Assembly (NCBI RefSeq): GCF_037042905.1
Contig: NC_087246.1
Span: forward strand, 28,272,001 to 28,336,000
DNA length: 64,000 nucleotides
DNA from: Lytechinus pictus
Taxonomy: Eukaryota
Reading direction: 5' to 3'
The notes under the pieces were generated by a model. The model did no database searches and was not told the origin of the DNA. It saw only the letters and a list, made by a program, of their open reading frames with translations. Positions 49,703 to 64,000 of the stretch are shown one piece after another. A program made the position numbers and the translations under genes. The number at the start of each line of letters is the position of its first letter. Position 1 is the first letter of the stretch.

Positions 49703-50511
49703 GGCATTTTGCGATATTATGTGGCAGTGTGTGAATTTTTTTGGTCATTGAATTGCACTGTATATCCCTGCTGGATAGTACACAGTTTTCCACAGTGTGT
49801 CACACAAGATACCTACAGTGTGAAATGCAGTATGAAATCATACTTGTAATAAGAATTTGAATCTCATACTCATAGAGTGCACTATAAGGCAACAGTACAA
49901 ACACTAACACCTTTAATAAAGGTGTATCTTTACACTGTGAAATTTAAACATTGTACTATGTGAATCACATCTCAATACAGTCAACGTCTTGAACACACAA
50001 CGAACACACTGTTTGACACTGTGATCAAACCGTGGAGTGTGTATCTTATGAAGATGATGACGTATTATTTATTACATCAAATAAATAATACAGGATATAC
50101 CTACTTCCTCTTCTTCTGGATGTAATCTGGCAATCAGCCTAATTATGCGAATCCACGCTTTGGTGAAACCCTGCATCGACCCCTTATCCTTATTAAACCA
50201 TCCGAATCGGAGCAAGAAATTTTAATGTCTGACCACAGGATTCCAAAGAGGCGTAACCCATCCGTTTGATGGAAAGCCCCCCTCCCCCTCTGCAACCAGA
50301 TATGGTAGAAGAGTTTGCCGCCGAACGCTCCTCGGTGCTATGCCATCGATTCGCTCTGCTAGCTGAAAATTTACAAGGTCAAGGGTAATAAAACTCCAGA
50401 TTTTTTGGGTAAAAGAAAGTGTTTGCGACCTGTGGGAGGCGGTGTCGGGTGTTTTTAGTTCGAAATGGTACACGGACATCATCGATTAGTGAACTTTGTA
50501 TAGTTGGACGC

Positions 50512-50559
50512 ATGACTGTTGGTTTATCAAAAAAGCTCAATAATGTATTGTCTAGTATG
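50512..50559 (+). CDS. Candidate first coding exon D (MTVGLSKKLNNVLSSM, phase 0)
   Basis: ATG|GTAAGT donor at 50559/50560; CpG-richer unique sequence at 50150-50500 upstream. Confidence 0.25.
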
Positions 50560-51829
50560 GTAAGTGACACTAGAATACGATATTTAATTTTTGTTATCCA
50601 AATTGAATCATTTCATATTCCGAAGATCTCGTTATTTTTGCTAGTATGACTATTCGCTTCTTTGCATTCTAGAGATAGTTTATAGTGAAGAACACATTTT
50701 TGTCGGAAATACATGTATGTGAGTGAGAAAATAAGTTTGAATCTCGTCGCATAATTACCTTTTCAATATGTCTAATAAAAGTTTCAACCACCGAAATATA
50801 TACGAATCTTTATATTTGATTAATCTGGATTTGTAGAAATATACATGATGTTCCATTCTTTAAGCTCGAACTCGAGCTATCTTGGACAGGATGTTGATCT
50901 GTTAGACAAGGTAATATATAACAGATCTTGAAGGATGATAGGGATATCTTTAGTTGGCAAATTCTAGATGGGTTTTGCCATGGGGATTCACCTACCCTGG
51001 ATGTATAAATTATCAACCAAAACCACTATTTTTTGATAAAATAATGACAAGGAAAATACTTCCAAAGGGTTTTTCAATTAGTGCGGAATGTTTGCATTTA
51101 GAAGTTAAAATCCCTCATGCAATGTCATCAAAACTGAAAGTAAAATATGAAATCAAATAATTCCGTTGGATTTTGTCTAATTAGCTTTATGGATCTCTAT
51201 CACTTAATGTAATTTCTTGGTAGCTCAGTTCATTGAAGGACAACATAGAAAAAAATGGCTGGCTGTCTATAGCTTCCACTCCACTTACACGGCCGTTCAA
51301 TTTTTTTCCTCATAGTTGCCCATATAATTTTACCCGAAACTTACGTGCCACTTTCACAGCCTTTTTATAACAAGCGTTCTATTTTGTGTTCAATAACATA
51401 CTCTTTCGTCTTCTTTGCAAGAACAAAAATGGGATAAGGTTTGGCGCGAAACACCCACAACTGTGTCATTAAGTGAAGTGATGGTTTAACGGTAAGAAGA
51501 ATGATTAAAAGGTATCATTCAAGTGTCGAATGTGATGGCACTCTTGTGATAAATGTTCATTGTACAAACAGGCGAAAGTTCCATCTGTAAAGCCACTAAA
51601 GAATCAACAACCTTTGAACGCAAGATTCCCTCCATTATTCAAGCTAGTATCATGAGACTATGAAAAAAAAAGAGCTGCACCGGCTTTAAATGAATAATAA
51701 ATTCGATACAGATGCATCTTTTAATCTTGGAGATTCAGAGGCCAAGTTACAAACTATCAAATGTGAGAGGAAGTAATTCAGGGAAGCTCCATTGATCGAG
51801 ATTAATAATAGCTAAAGGGTATTACTCTG

Positions 51830-52073
51830 CTGCCGTACTTTGGCAAAAGGAAGCAAGTTACAAAAGTATCATTTGTTGTAAATTAGCAATGTGTGTTCGT
51901 CATTTACATAGGTATCAATGCAATTTAACTGCATTATTTTCTTCAACATATTTCCATTTTCATTTCTTCCCCCAAATTTTGCCTGAACGAGCAACATACA
52001 AAAGGGTGTTTCAGAAACAATAACTCAAATTTGACTGGTGTGTCACTTGCTTCCTTTTGCCAAAGTTGGGCAG
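51830..52073. mobile_element. MITE with 33-bp TIRs, unclassified
   Basis: CTGCCGTACTTTGGCAAAAGGAAGCAAGTTACA / TGTCACTTGCTTCCTTTTGCCAAAGTTGGGCAG; flanks TCTG and TCTA. Confidence 0.85.
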
Positions 52074-55000
52074 TCTACCATCTGACAGGTGATATTGCAT
52101 GGTGATCTTAATTCTATGTGATGAGATGACACGCTGACTTGACCCTTAAAGAATGATAAATAATATGGATGCTGTATTGGTTTGACCTATTTAATGAAGA
52201 TTTCATTTGAATGCCAAAAGGGAGCGAATGAATTTATTTGAAATTCTAAAACTTAGTTGTGGTTTGTTTGGGGATTGGCTGTGGTTGAAAAGGACAGTTT
52301 TTTTATTTTTTTTATTCATATATTATGGTGTGAATGAATTGTGAATGACACAAACTATAAATGGAAATGTGAATGAATTACGTCAAAATATCAGAGAAGA
52401 CTTTGTAACTGGATTTGAATGAAAATTTGAATAAATTAGCTCTCTGTGAGTAGGGGCGTTGCTAGTTTGGACCATGAAGTTGTGCATATGCTCATTAGAT
52501 GTCATAAAGTGATCGACGTAACCATCGGTCTGGAATAGCCCACGTCCTTTCTTAAGCATGTCTTCAGCTTTGGTAAATTCCCCTAATCCAATTCAGGAAT
52601 AGATTATTAAAATGTGCATGCCCTAAAACAGTTGACATGATGAAATGAAAATTCATTACCAAAGCTATAAACGGGCTTTAAGAATGGTCTGCCTAAGATA
52701 CAAGATGAGATGTGATCAAGAAGACGCTGACCAGTTCGGTGGTATTTTCAAACTGTCTACCAACTTCCTTTTGCCACTCGCCCATACACGTAGAAGATTG
52801 ATTCTAAGACGTTTGCCTGGTTGATTCATTAGAAGGCGTTGTCCGGTCATGGGTGTCCCTTCTCATTAACCCCCTAACCAGTGGGACACACCGGGACAGG
52901 TGGGTGAGGTGACATCCCTAGAGCTATTCCGACACACTCGATACAGTATCCACATAACTTACCCTTCCCAATTTTAAATGAATTCTTGTACCCTCCTTAC
53001 CAGATAATGCCTCAAGATGTTCAGAGTTTCAGGTTCCATTGTTTGAGGCCATTTATCGAGATTTGAGCAATGAATACGAAAATGCAATTCCAACTTAATT
53101 GTGGTTTGAACCATGGACTTACTGTTTGAACTATTTAATTACTGATATCTTTACTACATGGAGGCGAAATTGAGATGTCATCGTCATATTTAGATATGAT
53201 TTATAATAAATGGAATACTTCAAACTTCCAGAATGGGCAAAATGGACATATTTCAAGTCGAGTGCGCTTACGGTGAAAAGTTTCTCTTTCTCATTCGTAC
53301 TAGGATGACAAGATGAGAAGCATAATAGCCTAATTGTTGAGTAGATCTTTTGGCATCAAAATTTCGTGTAAAAATCATTAGGCCTGTCTCCCTTTATGGC
53401 TGGTTCAGTCAATTTGATAATCTGAAGATATTCATTTTCCTTTTAGTCATTTTAAATGAATTTCTGGAGGGTATGTTTCCCTTAAGTGTAACCGCATTGA
53501 CCGGATATACCCTACTTTTACCAAGCGTATAAACTACTTGCCTTTGGCACTATACCGCTCCATGCTATACGGAACACCCTTGTTCAACTAGTCATGGACC
53601 TACTATACTCGGAGTATTCGGCATCCCTTCCTCGTTTTTTAAACAGGAATGTCCGGTGAGCGAGGAAGGTAACTTGGGGATGTCACGGTCAGTTCGGCTG
53701 CATGCTGTACCGCTACGAGCATACTTAGTCATCGCCTTGTAATGTCAGGTACAGTTTAGTTTTTTGACGTCTGTCGATTTGTATTTGCAATTTGGAAACT
53801 GGCTTCCTCGTTTAGATCAAACGGAACGTTACTTTGGCTTCAGTGTAATACGTATCGTGAGTAATGATTAATCAAATAATTCATTTCAAAGTGCATGTTA
53901 AGGTACTGGCAATTGTTTTTTTTTTGGTTCTTCTGCTTGCACGTAATAACCATGTTAAAATGGAGCAAGGAATCATTAGTGTTTCCTGATTACAGGGATG
54001 TAAAGCTCATTGATCAAACATCATTTAAAGATGTTTGTATTACTTGAGCAACGCTCTTAGGTAATCATGATAATGGTTACATAATCAAAGTGCCCCTCAA
54101 CTAATGTACATATGTGTGGCGTGCGGTTTTGATATACAGCAATTTTTTTTATTTGGCCTTTTAAGAATAAGATATTCAGATCTCATGATAACTTAATATC
54201 GAGGTTGTCAAATCTAGAAAGTTGAATTGGGCACCAATCGATGTTGCATTGAGAGGAATAGAACACAAGTAATGTTGATGCCCTAGTAAGATAGCTGGGA
54301 TCAACTAGATTGAATTACAAACCCACAACGACATTTAGTGTAATAAAGTTAAGTTACATGAAGAATATTTACTTCCTGGAGTATGGTAGTAGTAATGGTT
54401 TATTGAAAATTCATTCGCAGCCAAAGGCTGAATTGCAGAATATTTTACAAAACAGGTACAAGAATATATGATAATCAATTGCATAGTGACACAATGCTTA
54501 AGAAATTAAAATATTTAGAACAAACTTGCCTAAATAGATGGATACAGGATTTTTTTTAATACATGCATAATCAAAATTAATATAAACCGTTGGCGTTATC
54601 ATATATCAAATGAGAATATTCATCCCGCAAAGAAATATATAGTATACCGGCCCCGCCAATAGTGACATATACTAGGTAAATTTGCCTATGAATAGAAAGC
54701 TATTTTTGAAAAGGCACTCATATTGTTTGTAGACTTAAGTTATGAGATATCAGGAAGTCAATATTGACCCATACCTCAGATGCATAATATTAACTTCAAC
54801 CAAAACTGTGTTTGCTTTCTACATTGTGTCTATAGAACTTTATAAGTCGTAGCTTGGTCATGTTGGTTAACCAAGAGGAAGGCTTTTACCCTTCAGCTAT
54901 CATCTCGATCAATGGGACTTCAGTTATACTTTCTCTCTAAACTCCATACAGTGTACTCCATATCGGTATCAATCGGTAACGTAATTGGACTTAAATTTTG

Positions 55001-55497
55001 AATGGATTTTGTTTTAGTTTGGGATACAGAAGAAAAGTACTTCCTCTGATTTGCAATGGAACCAATGATAATTTCGGAACATAAGTATCAAGAAAGTGAA
55101 TAATAGAACGTTGATTAAGTAGATTAAAAGTCATTCGAACGTGAATATTATCTAAACTTACTTGGAAAGCAAGAAAGCAAAGGATGCATTATGATAGAAT
55201 GCTATCTTAAGTTTCATCACTAAAAACTACCAGGGATTATTTAAATGTCATGCGCTTTATAAATGTTCGATCTGACTTCTTTCGTGGCGCAGCATAGTTC
55301 CTCTGCAAATCCGTCATTGGACAATGTTGGAAGTCATAACACAATCTCTAGTAATATTGACTGGCTTAGAAACTTGAAACTGAGAATACAAGGAGGTTTA
55401 TTCCTGGGCATGAAGAGGATCACATTCCATGTTAATAATACTGATGCATAGTATGTGATATAAGAGGAGAGAAACAAGTTTACGGGTTATTTCGAAT

Positions 55498-55719
55498 NNN
55501 NNNNNNNNNNNNNNNNNNNNNNNNNNNNNNNNNNNNNNNNNNNNNNNNNNNNNNNNNNNNNNNNNNNNNNNNNNNNNNNNNNNNNNNNNNNNNNNNNNNN
55601 NNNNNNNNNNNNNNNNNNNNNNNNNNNNNNNNNNNNNNNNNNNNNNNNNNNNNNNNNNNNNNNNNNNNNNNNNNNNNNNNNNNNNNNNNNNNNNNNNNNN
55701 NNNNNNNNNNNNNNNNNNN
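55498..55719. other. Assembly gap (N run)
   Basis: 222 N. Confidence 1.
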
Positions 55720-57130
55720 TGTCTATCTTTCCATCTGTCTATCTATTATCTCCCCTTCTCCACTGTCTCTCACATGGGTGGTATCACTATTTCCTTCAGG
55801 TACGAAAGCGGTTAAGTCATTAATTCTTTGAGCATCAATCATTTCTCTTTTAATTTCCTAATAATCACTCAACGATGTAGTACATTAGTAACTTTGGCTA
55901 AATTTAAACGACATCAAAAGGTACAAACACTAGTATGCGGGACTTTATGTTCGTCGTTTGGGGCTCGAAGATCTCCATTCTTTTTGCTTTCTTCTTTTTT
56001 TTTCTTCCTTACGTTGTTACTTCTTTCGGACTCTACTTCTCCATTTTTCTACATGCAGCTAAATAAGTTTCTGATTTGATTATATGTTATGTATACTCGT
56101 TCGTAGTATGTATCGTTGTTCTGATATAGAAGGGGCGGTGGATATACTCCGTGGCCCCCATACTTGCGCCAGTGTATTGCATATTCATGATATTGGCGTC
56201 AACTACATGAATGACTCCACTATATTAATGTCTATAAACAATGTTTAGCTCATTATTCACGTTGTCTAATTCTCCCGCTCTTGCGCCATCATGGCCATGG
56301 AGCGCACATGGTTCCTTAAACATTAAAGGTAGACAATTTCAACATTAATCTTGCTTGCTTCACTCTCCTCATTTTACATCTACTTTCGCACTAGTACAAA
56401 CACTTAAATGGGTCGGAAAATCACTTACGCAATAAAATATGCATGCAGTTACTTATAAGAAATGTGATATACATGTATAGGAGGGCTTTATTACGAATAA
56501 TCATGCTTAAAATGCAAGCATTTTTCGCAGTATGTCACATCAATCAACTGTCATGTTTATATTCAGGTTTATTTCATTTTCCGTCGGGGGCATTTGCAAA
56601 TAACAGGATTCAACATGGATCTACTAAAACGTCAGGAACCTAATTCATATATATGATATGTAAGAAATGAGAAGAGCTCTTAATTAGGTTTTGTAGTTAG
56701 GTACGCGGAATCGATGTTAAAGTAGGCGCCCGATGGGAGAATTACGGATTGAGATCGAATTGCAAGGTGATTTTATTGTCTAAAATATCAATATTTTGTT
56801 TGCAGATGAAGTTCCTCCTGTTGACCCTAGTATCAAATGTTGAATTCACACTGATCTCTCCTGTCATCTTATCATTATTATTTTTTTTTAATTATTATTA
56901 TTATCATTATTTTTGTTCTTATTATCATTATTACACAGCATTTTCTGGTCTAAAGTTTTTTTAATTATGGATAGTCAATTGTGACACTCATGTCAAACGG
57001 TAGAACAAATTTGGGGCTCATGTAAACGAATTTTGCCATATTTGACTTCCCATAGATTTAACACAGTATATAACCTAGAGTGAACTATATACTTCATAAT
57101 ATGCTCGAATTAGGCGAATCCGATATTAGC

Positions 57131-57265
57131 AATATTAATAATAATAATATTAATAATGAAAATAATAATAATAAAAATAATAATAATTATTAATAATAAT
57201 ATTAATAATAATAATGATGATAATAATAATTTGTAAAGCGCAATAAATATTCTGTTGCGCTGCAA
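57131..57265 (-). repeat. (AAT)n tract, probably the tail of a minus-strand L2-type retroelement
   Basis: Long AAT run abutting TTGTAAAGCGC..GCGCTGCAAG, resembling an L2/SINE 3' end. Confidence 0.55.
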
Positions 57266-57889
57266 GTTCTCATTTTTGCTGTGATATTTTAAACAAACAA
57301 TTGTATATATTTCCCATTTGATTTGAAAATCTCTCCTGATGATGTTTTCCTGATTGTTTTAGTAATCAATACACGGTCTAGGCGTTGCACACAATCCTGA
57401 ATGATCGGTCACTAAGAGTTACTTTATATTCATATGAGGGTATTTGTAGCATAAACTTGTCTTGTGTTCTGCAACTGTGACCTTGAGATGTCAGATATCA
57501 GATTAAACAATTTCATCACAAATTTGGGGCTTGACCATTCGGTGCTTTGAAGACTACATGTCTCATTAGTGTATTATACTTGATTCTTTGTACAGCTGTC
57601 AACCAGATTCCCTTAATACGAAATGCGTAAGCATGCAGAGTAAACGGCGCCTCTCAAGTTTACAGTGTTGGAATAAACTTCACTTTGATAGTAAGACGTA
57701 CGATGTTATGGTGGGAAAAATATTTTCTTGAATGTTTGGGACACAAAAAATAAAATCCTCAACCTTGAAATGAGAGTTTCGTCAGTAGTTGCAACAACAT
57801 TACGTAATATCTATGGCGCCGATTGCAGGGTGTTCGACGAGAAAAGCGTTATTGAATCAGTGGGTTAGGTGAATCACTGGGGGTAAGTG

Positions 57890-58260
57890 AATCAGTGGAG
57901 TGCATGTGCGTTGGTTACGTGTGCGCGGGGGTACGATCTCGATAGGGTTTGCCCAATCAATAAAAATCGTCCAGGACGTGGACCAATACAAAAGATGTTC
58001 TCTAAATTCTGTATTCCTTTTGTTTGCTAGATCTGAATTTACTTATTTTCTAATTGATATTTAGCCATTAATTAATTTCCAACCAAATGGATCAACGAAA
58101 TGTTCAAATGACGAACTGAGTGTATAAAACAACAACGTGTTTTTCAACTTTAAATAAACCAATATCACGAATTTCGCGCAGTAATGCGTGTCTCGTGTTG
58201 CTCCTTTGGGACTAGACTCCATTAGCGTCGAGTAGTCCTCTCGTCTCGAATTACACCTTA
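57890..58260. promoter_or_regulatory. Promoter-like patch
   Basis: CpG-rich; CCAAT at about 57953, 57983 and 58159; E2F-like TTTCGCGC at 58172. No linked exon identified. Confidence 0.25.
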
Positions 58261-60544
58261 CGTTATCTGATCTAATACGTTTCTTTACGTTATTTGAACA
58301 TTGACTTGTACAAGCCTAAACATTTTATAGTAATACAGCATCCAAACTGGCCTTTGTCACCATCCATTTCAAGGACGAAACGATGCAGGATATACTGTAT
58401 ATATCCTTACATGCACCATGTCAAGAACCATGTTATATTAAGTTTATAAACAGAGTATACCTACTGGACATTTGCATATCGCAGAAGTGCTTTTTTGGCA
58501 TGTCTCATATTGCATTGGTCACGAGTATTGCCTCTAATAAGACTCTTATTGCTTTTCTTCCTTGACCTTGTCTTCTCTTTGCCAAGCTTCCTGTTTCCTC
58601 TTGTTTTATAAACCCCTTTTCTTTTTTTCTTTTTCATCTTCCTTCTCCTTCTCATTTGTATACCACTCTTCCTCCACTTTCTTATTCTTCTTCATCTACT
58701 CTTAGTTCTACCCGATTTAAAGTATATAATGCGAAAATATGCTAATAAAAAAAGGGGAAACAGGATCACTTTTCGCTACGCGCCAGAACGGGCATATTAT
58801 CTTTTGGACTTTGAATGGGTATTTTTTTTCTTCCAAAAGCAGTGGCCCAGAGTCACGGCCGTCAGCCCGTTGGATCGACTCTATATCTGCGCCATTGGGG
58901 GTAGGTCCAAGCCACAATGAGGCGTTATTCCAGTAGTGTAAGATATGAAATCTTAATGATGGGATGCTGTGGCATGCTGCTATGAATAATGAATGAAAAT
59001 TCCTTTCGTCAAGTCCACGGGGATGTTACTCTGGCGAAGATGTCGTAAACAGCTACCCCTCAAAGAAATATTTTACTCAAATTATTCCATCCGTTATCAT
59101 TTCTGAGTCCCCTCGTGTCGTGCATGTGAGTGCGGAGAAACGCCAGTAAAGGCGTTATGCTATCCGAAATGGTAATGCACTCTGAATAATATTACGCTCG
59201 TACTCTCACGTACCGTGACAATATTTTTTATGTTGCTTTTCACACTTCATGATTACGTGATGACAGGAGAATGACCGTCCTGATCTCATGTAAGAAGAAA
59301 ATGATAATAAAAACTATGTGACCGTTGTGAGAGAATAAAGTGCAGAAATACACCAAATATCGTGGACTGGACGCAGTCGTACAAAGTGATTACGTGGCGT
59401 AAAGACACTGATTTTAGGTAATCAAAGATATAAGCACGCCGTGCAGCCGTGCAATGTGACAGCGCTGTGGAAGTGTGTAGTGAAAAAGTGCATGATGCAT
59501 TTATAAACCAGTAGGCCACACGAAATGTCATCGTCACACATATGGACACGATAACCATGGCCACAGTAAATACTGTACCACTTGAACTCGTCTGGCATAC
59601 CACAGTCAAACACAATGTGGCTTCGAAGCAAAAAATAAATAAATCACATAGTGTTTAATGTTTTCCACATGAACCCCCTGAACGGTGTATGTGCTCATCA
59701 AGAAGACTTCACTTTAATGTCTATTATGCAATCATAAGTGTGCCACAGTATGAATATATACCAAGGGACACCACTATGACCACTAGACATGACTAAAGGC
59801 TACATTATGTGTTATTCGTCCGCGCAATGTGTGTCAAATAATAATGCTATAAATTAGTCGTGTGTTCATATTCTTTCATAATTTTGTTCCTCATGAACAC
59901 TAGGACTATGTCTTTTTGTATTTTCTTGTTATTGATCCTACCTTCAATGCATTCACGGTTTTCTGAAAAAAAATGGTTTTAGACCAGAATATCATTTTTT
60001 GAGCAGAGAAAGTCACGAATTAAGGTACCTTCTGGTGTTGTACTGTGAATGATGATGATCACTGGATAAACATAAAATCTATAAAGAGGTTATTTTACTA
60101 TGATTTTGTTCTATGAGCTGCGATATAACACGTGAGTGAATGGGAACTTGAATTACCCGTGTGCGCCCTATACGCTTGCAGCAAATCGAACTGTCTTCTG
60201 TAAGTCACATTACTGCAAAATTACACAGTAAACTATTGACGACGAAAATTCGATCGGAATGTAGCACGTAAAGGGTCGATTTTTCAGTTACTCTATACAA
60301 TGTTGAATGAGGCTGGCGGGAGGAAGAAATGAAAGGAATTGAAATTCGGTACCTCCGTTTCGATCTTGTCCCAAGGGCTTTTTGATTTTCCTCGGCTGAA
60401 GTGCAGGAGGTTGTCGATTGGGTAAATCAGAGGTGTACCACGAACAACGCGAGACGACGAAGATAACAGGAGGCGCATTCTGTTTGCTGCTTGAATTAAG
60501 TCTAAACGATATAGAGTATTTGGAGAAAAGTGAGGATGCGACAG

Positions 60545-60752
60545 AAAGGGAGACGGGATACAGAGAGAGAGAGAGAGAGAGGGACATGGAGGGGGAGGGA
60601 AGAGAAAGAGAGAAATGTGCCCGAAATGGTAATGTTTGAGTATGATGCAGACAACACAAGTTTCCTTGAAGAAAAGGACACCCCAAACGTCAAGAGGATA
60701 CGTGATCGGTTACTCACTGACTTTGAATTTACCTGACATGTACTCGAATGAA
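60545..60752 (+). repeat. GA-run plus conserved block, copy 2
   Basis: See 12665-12842. Confidence 0.85.
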
Positions 60753-62553
60753 CAACACCTTTTTTACCCTTGAAAAATCACTACAAAACTCGTATCCAAG
60801 TTATGAATGGCAGCGATTCTAGTTCTTAAGATATACACCCCGAAGGGCCCCCTAAAGTACCCCCTCTGATGTCCTTTACCGTGAAATATCATTCCTGTGA
60901 TGGATGGGGAATATTGAAGGGCTTCGTATGAAAATAAATTGCAATTTTATGAAGGGGTTCTTCTTCCGAACACGGAGAGAGGTCGGAAGAAGAAATGAGA
61001 GCAGTCCTCTATTCTTACCGATAAATCCCGACTGTCTTCAGAGGTCTTAGGGTTATTGATAGCGGATAAGACTTGAGATTTGATAGTAATTGCCCCAAGT
61101 AAGCCCAACATTTCATCTCCGCTGAGTCCGCTCTCTTCAAGTTCAAAGACAACCCCACAATTTCTCATGTTCAACCTGTCCGCATGGGTGAAAACCAAAC
61201 TATTGATCCTTGCCGTGTTGATTGTCTCATTTCGCTTACCAAGGGGGTAGACCAGATGTCTATTAATGTAACCACATTTACCGTTCCACTTTCTCTCTAT
61301 GTTATTATCATTGATTTGGTAAAGAATACCAACCGTTCTCTAGCAGAAAGCGTATTTATTTCTACATAACAACACAAAATAAGATAACAGCGGTCGTCTC
61401 TTCAGAGTACACTCGTTTATTTTTGTAAGAAATTGACAAAGTTCTCGTTGTAGAATATACAAAAGTTAAGACTTTTAAGATTGTCTAAAATGATAACTTA
61501 ACACAGGCTTTGCTCATTAAACGAAGGGTATGATCTATCTTTCGACAAACCTTTACCTTCTCCCTGGTGTATTACTAAATCTGTTTTAATATAACATTAT
61601 TCAGAGATATACTGATAATGCAAGGTTAATGAAATCAAATTAAAAATAGATAAATAATGCATATGACCGTGTTTGGCATTCATGATTTAACTTTTGTTGC
61701 GTCTTTATGCGAGAGGTTTCAATGTCTCCATCTCTTCAGAAGCTTACACAATGCATGTCATACGTCACTCTCTCATTGTCTACGTCAAAGACAAGCATGA
61801 ACAGGATCTGCCCTTCAAATAAACAACCAGCCAGAACTCCCCCAGACAAATATATATATCTACATTCAGAAAAGGAAAAGAAAAATGATGGAGAGAGTAG
61901 AGATTCTTAAAGGCATGCTGACAAAACGGCTTGGTTGAGTTTTCATCAAAAGTTCTTTGCGCTAATGCATTTGGAAATGTCAGCCAGCTCTGATCTTAGC
62001 GTTTTATCGGAGAAGTGTTTGCTGTCTTTTGCAGCATCATCCAGATTGATCTGTTTCTTTTGCTTCGAAGATTATAATCGTTGTTCGTTGATCTATGACC
62101 GACCGCTGATTGGAGTCAAAACGGCTCTTTGGTGATTGAATATTCTCTGAGCGGGCTTCTCTCTCTCTCTTGATTCCCCCCTCTCACCATCCAATTTGCC
62201 TCTTAAGGTCATGGTCGTGCGCGATTCAAGGCGTCATCAGCTCGCAGGAATCACTGATTCAAATAAATAACAAAAATAACTCTAATTGAGTGATGGTTAT
62301 CTCAAAGCCGATTTGTCCTGGCTGTCAAAGCCAGCCAGGATTATAACTTAAGTTCCTATACTGTTCATCTCCTTCCAGCCGAAATTCCAATTTATTCCAT
62401 GTTTGTCAATTTTCGAAACATGGTTGCCATAGTAATGAAGATGTACCCCTTGGGAGATGAGGCTAAGTACATTAATTAAAGGAGGCTCACATGAAAGGAA
62501 TTAGGTTGGAAAAAAGTGTCCTGACTGCTCTCGGTTTGATCATAGCTGACATA

Positions 62554-62783
62554 CAGTGGTGCTCAAAAGTTGGTGAACCCTTACAGAAAGTGAACACATT
62601 TAAAGTGTTCGAGTTCCGCTATGTTTTAGATTCTTAATTATGAAGTCAGGGGATAAAATATTACATTCACTAAAGTTTGTTACTCTGGGCTCGCCGAACA
62701 TTGTAGTGTTGTTGTCTAATATCAACACCAAGCATGAAGGAGTGCATTTCGTTGTGGGATTCACTGACTTTTGAGCACAACTG
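62554..62783. mobile_element. Tc1/mariner MITE
   Basis: TA|CAGTGGTGCTCAAAAGTTGGTGAACCC ... GGGATTCACTGACTTTTGAGCACAACTG|TA. Confidence 0.9.
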
Positions 62784-64000
62784 TATATCACTGGACAGTC
62801 AGCTTGCTTTGTTTATTTTTGTTTTATTTGTTGCGTTTGGCAAACGAATTTCCTGAAGCTCTCCAATAGTAAGTCGATGCCACCATTATAGTCTGTATTC
62901 ACCCCATCACCTAGCTCTAGTCCTAGTTAAGATTGCTAAGAGTGGTTTGTCTATGGGCAGCGAAATACGACATGATTAGTGGACATTCCATTTATTAATA
63001 TTGTTGATACTCAAATTCTTTGGAAATGGTACACAAGGATAGTTTCTTGACCAATTAATACAAAGAGCACAGTATACATGTACGCTGATTGAAAACTGAT
63101 TGATGAGTTATTTATTTTTAAGATTATATAAATTATTTGACTTTTTTATACGAGTTATAATAATACAAATCGTTATAGATTTGTAATTAGAGTCTTGTCA
63201 TTAGAGTGCTTGTATGCCTCCTTCCTTTGTCCACTTGGGCATGTTTCGAACTTACCCCCCCCCCCGGTTGAAATAATACATGATCCCACGTAGGCCTAAC
63301 TCAGCCTAGGATTTTACGTGGGTAAAATAATAGTGTGTGTGAATGTTGAGTAATTATGGATTTCATCCTTTTGCTCTCTTATCTTGGTTAGATGTTAACA
63401 TGTTTTCATAGCTTAGTGGAATATTCGTGCATTTTTAGCTCTTACATTTCACTTCCTGTGGCATTTTTGTTGTGATGGATAAATAACTAACGAACAATAT
63501 CACGGTTCTGAAAGGATACATTTCATTTTTATTGTATATATATATATATATATAAATATATGAATTTTAGCTTGATAGAAACTGTATGCCTTGTATATAC
63601 ACCTGTATTCTTCGAGGGAAATACCATTTGGATAGCCTGATATATAGCATGGCCCTGAGAAGTGGAGTGCTGGGGAAGAAGACACACCCTCTTTATTTCC
63701 TCGTCTTACAAGATTACTGCCAGGCCCCTGATATTTATATAATTGAGGAACATCTTAAAGTGTTTGCAATGGATTATCCATGGTTTCGTCTATACCCAAT
63801 GATAAAACTTCGGTATTACAAACAACAATAGTAGATGTTTAAGAGGACCACACCCTTTAGTATTTAAATAAATTATATTCGAGGTCCACTAAGGTCTAAG
63901 AACAACAAAAACCAAACCAACATCAAACGAAACTTTCAAAAGTCCACCACTAGACTTGAGAAGAGATAAGTGAAATAAAAATCTGTTGAATGAAGTACCT

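Noticed and set aside
56806-56850. Acceptor TTTGCAG|ATGAAG as the common second exon
   Set aside because: The phase-0 reading runs into a TAT microsatellite with no donor; not convincing.
60947-61341. Minus-strand ORF 60947..61198 and exon-like 61240-61341
   Set aside because: A donor-like site is present, but there is no recognisable protein or consistent exon chain.
63586-63831. 81-aa ORF and the opposite-strand exon-like frame
   Set aside because: No recognisable motif; the minus frame has an in-frame stop; cannot be supported without a homology search.

Overview
AT-rich eukaryotic genomic DNA with two assembly gaps. The repeat landscape (Deu/Nin-type tRNA SINE, hAT MITEs with CTCGCGCTTCGCGCTCGC subterminal motifs, poly-G/C runs, GA/CA microsatellites) suggests an invertebrate deuterostome, probably a sea urchin; this is inference, not a database result. 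I recognise no protein-coding gene, and nearly all ORFs in the track come from repeats, low-complexity DNA or chance. The window is dominated by non-autonomous DNA transposons whose ends and target-site duplications (TSDs) can be read directly. The most striking structure is a ~6.07 kb foldback element (15037-21107) with TAG...CTA ends and arms built from a 143+158 bp higher-order satellite. There are also three nested transposon stacks (1733-4745, 27889-29827, 41379-44474), MITE families carrying RFX X-box+CCAAT or RUNX motif clusters, a 19-bp P-like footprint, and a Sola-like insertion whose empty site survives in the neighbouring repeat. Four short + strand ATG-to-donor segments, all phase 0, could be alternative first exons of a large gene extending beyond the window (weak). 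Superfamily names are inferred from termini and TSD length only.
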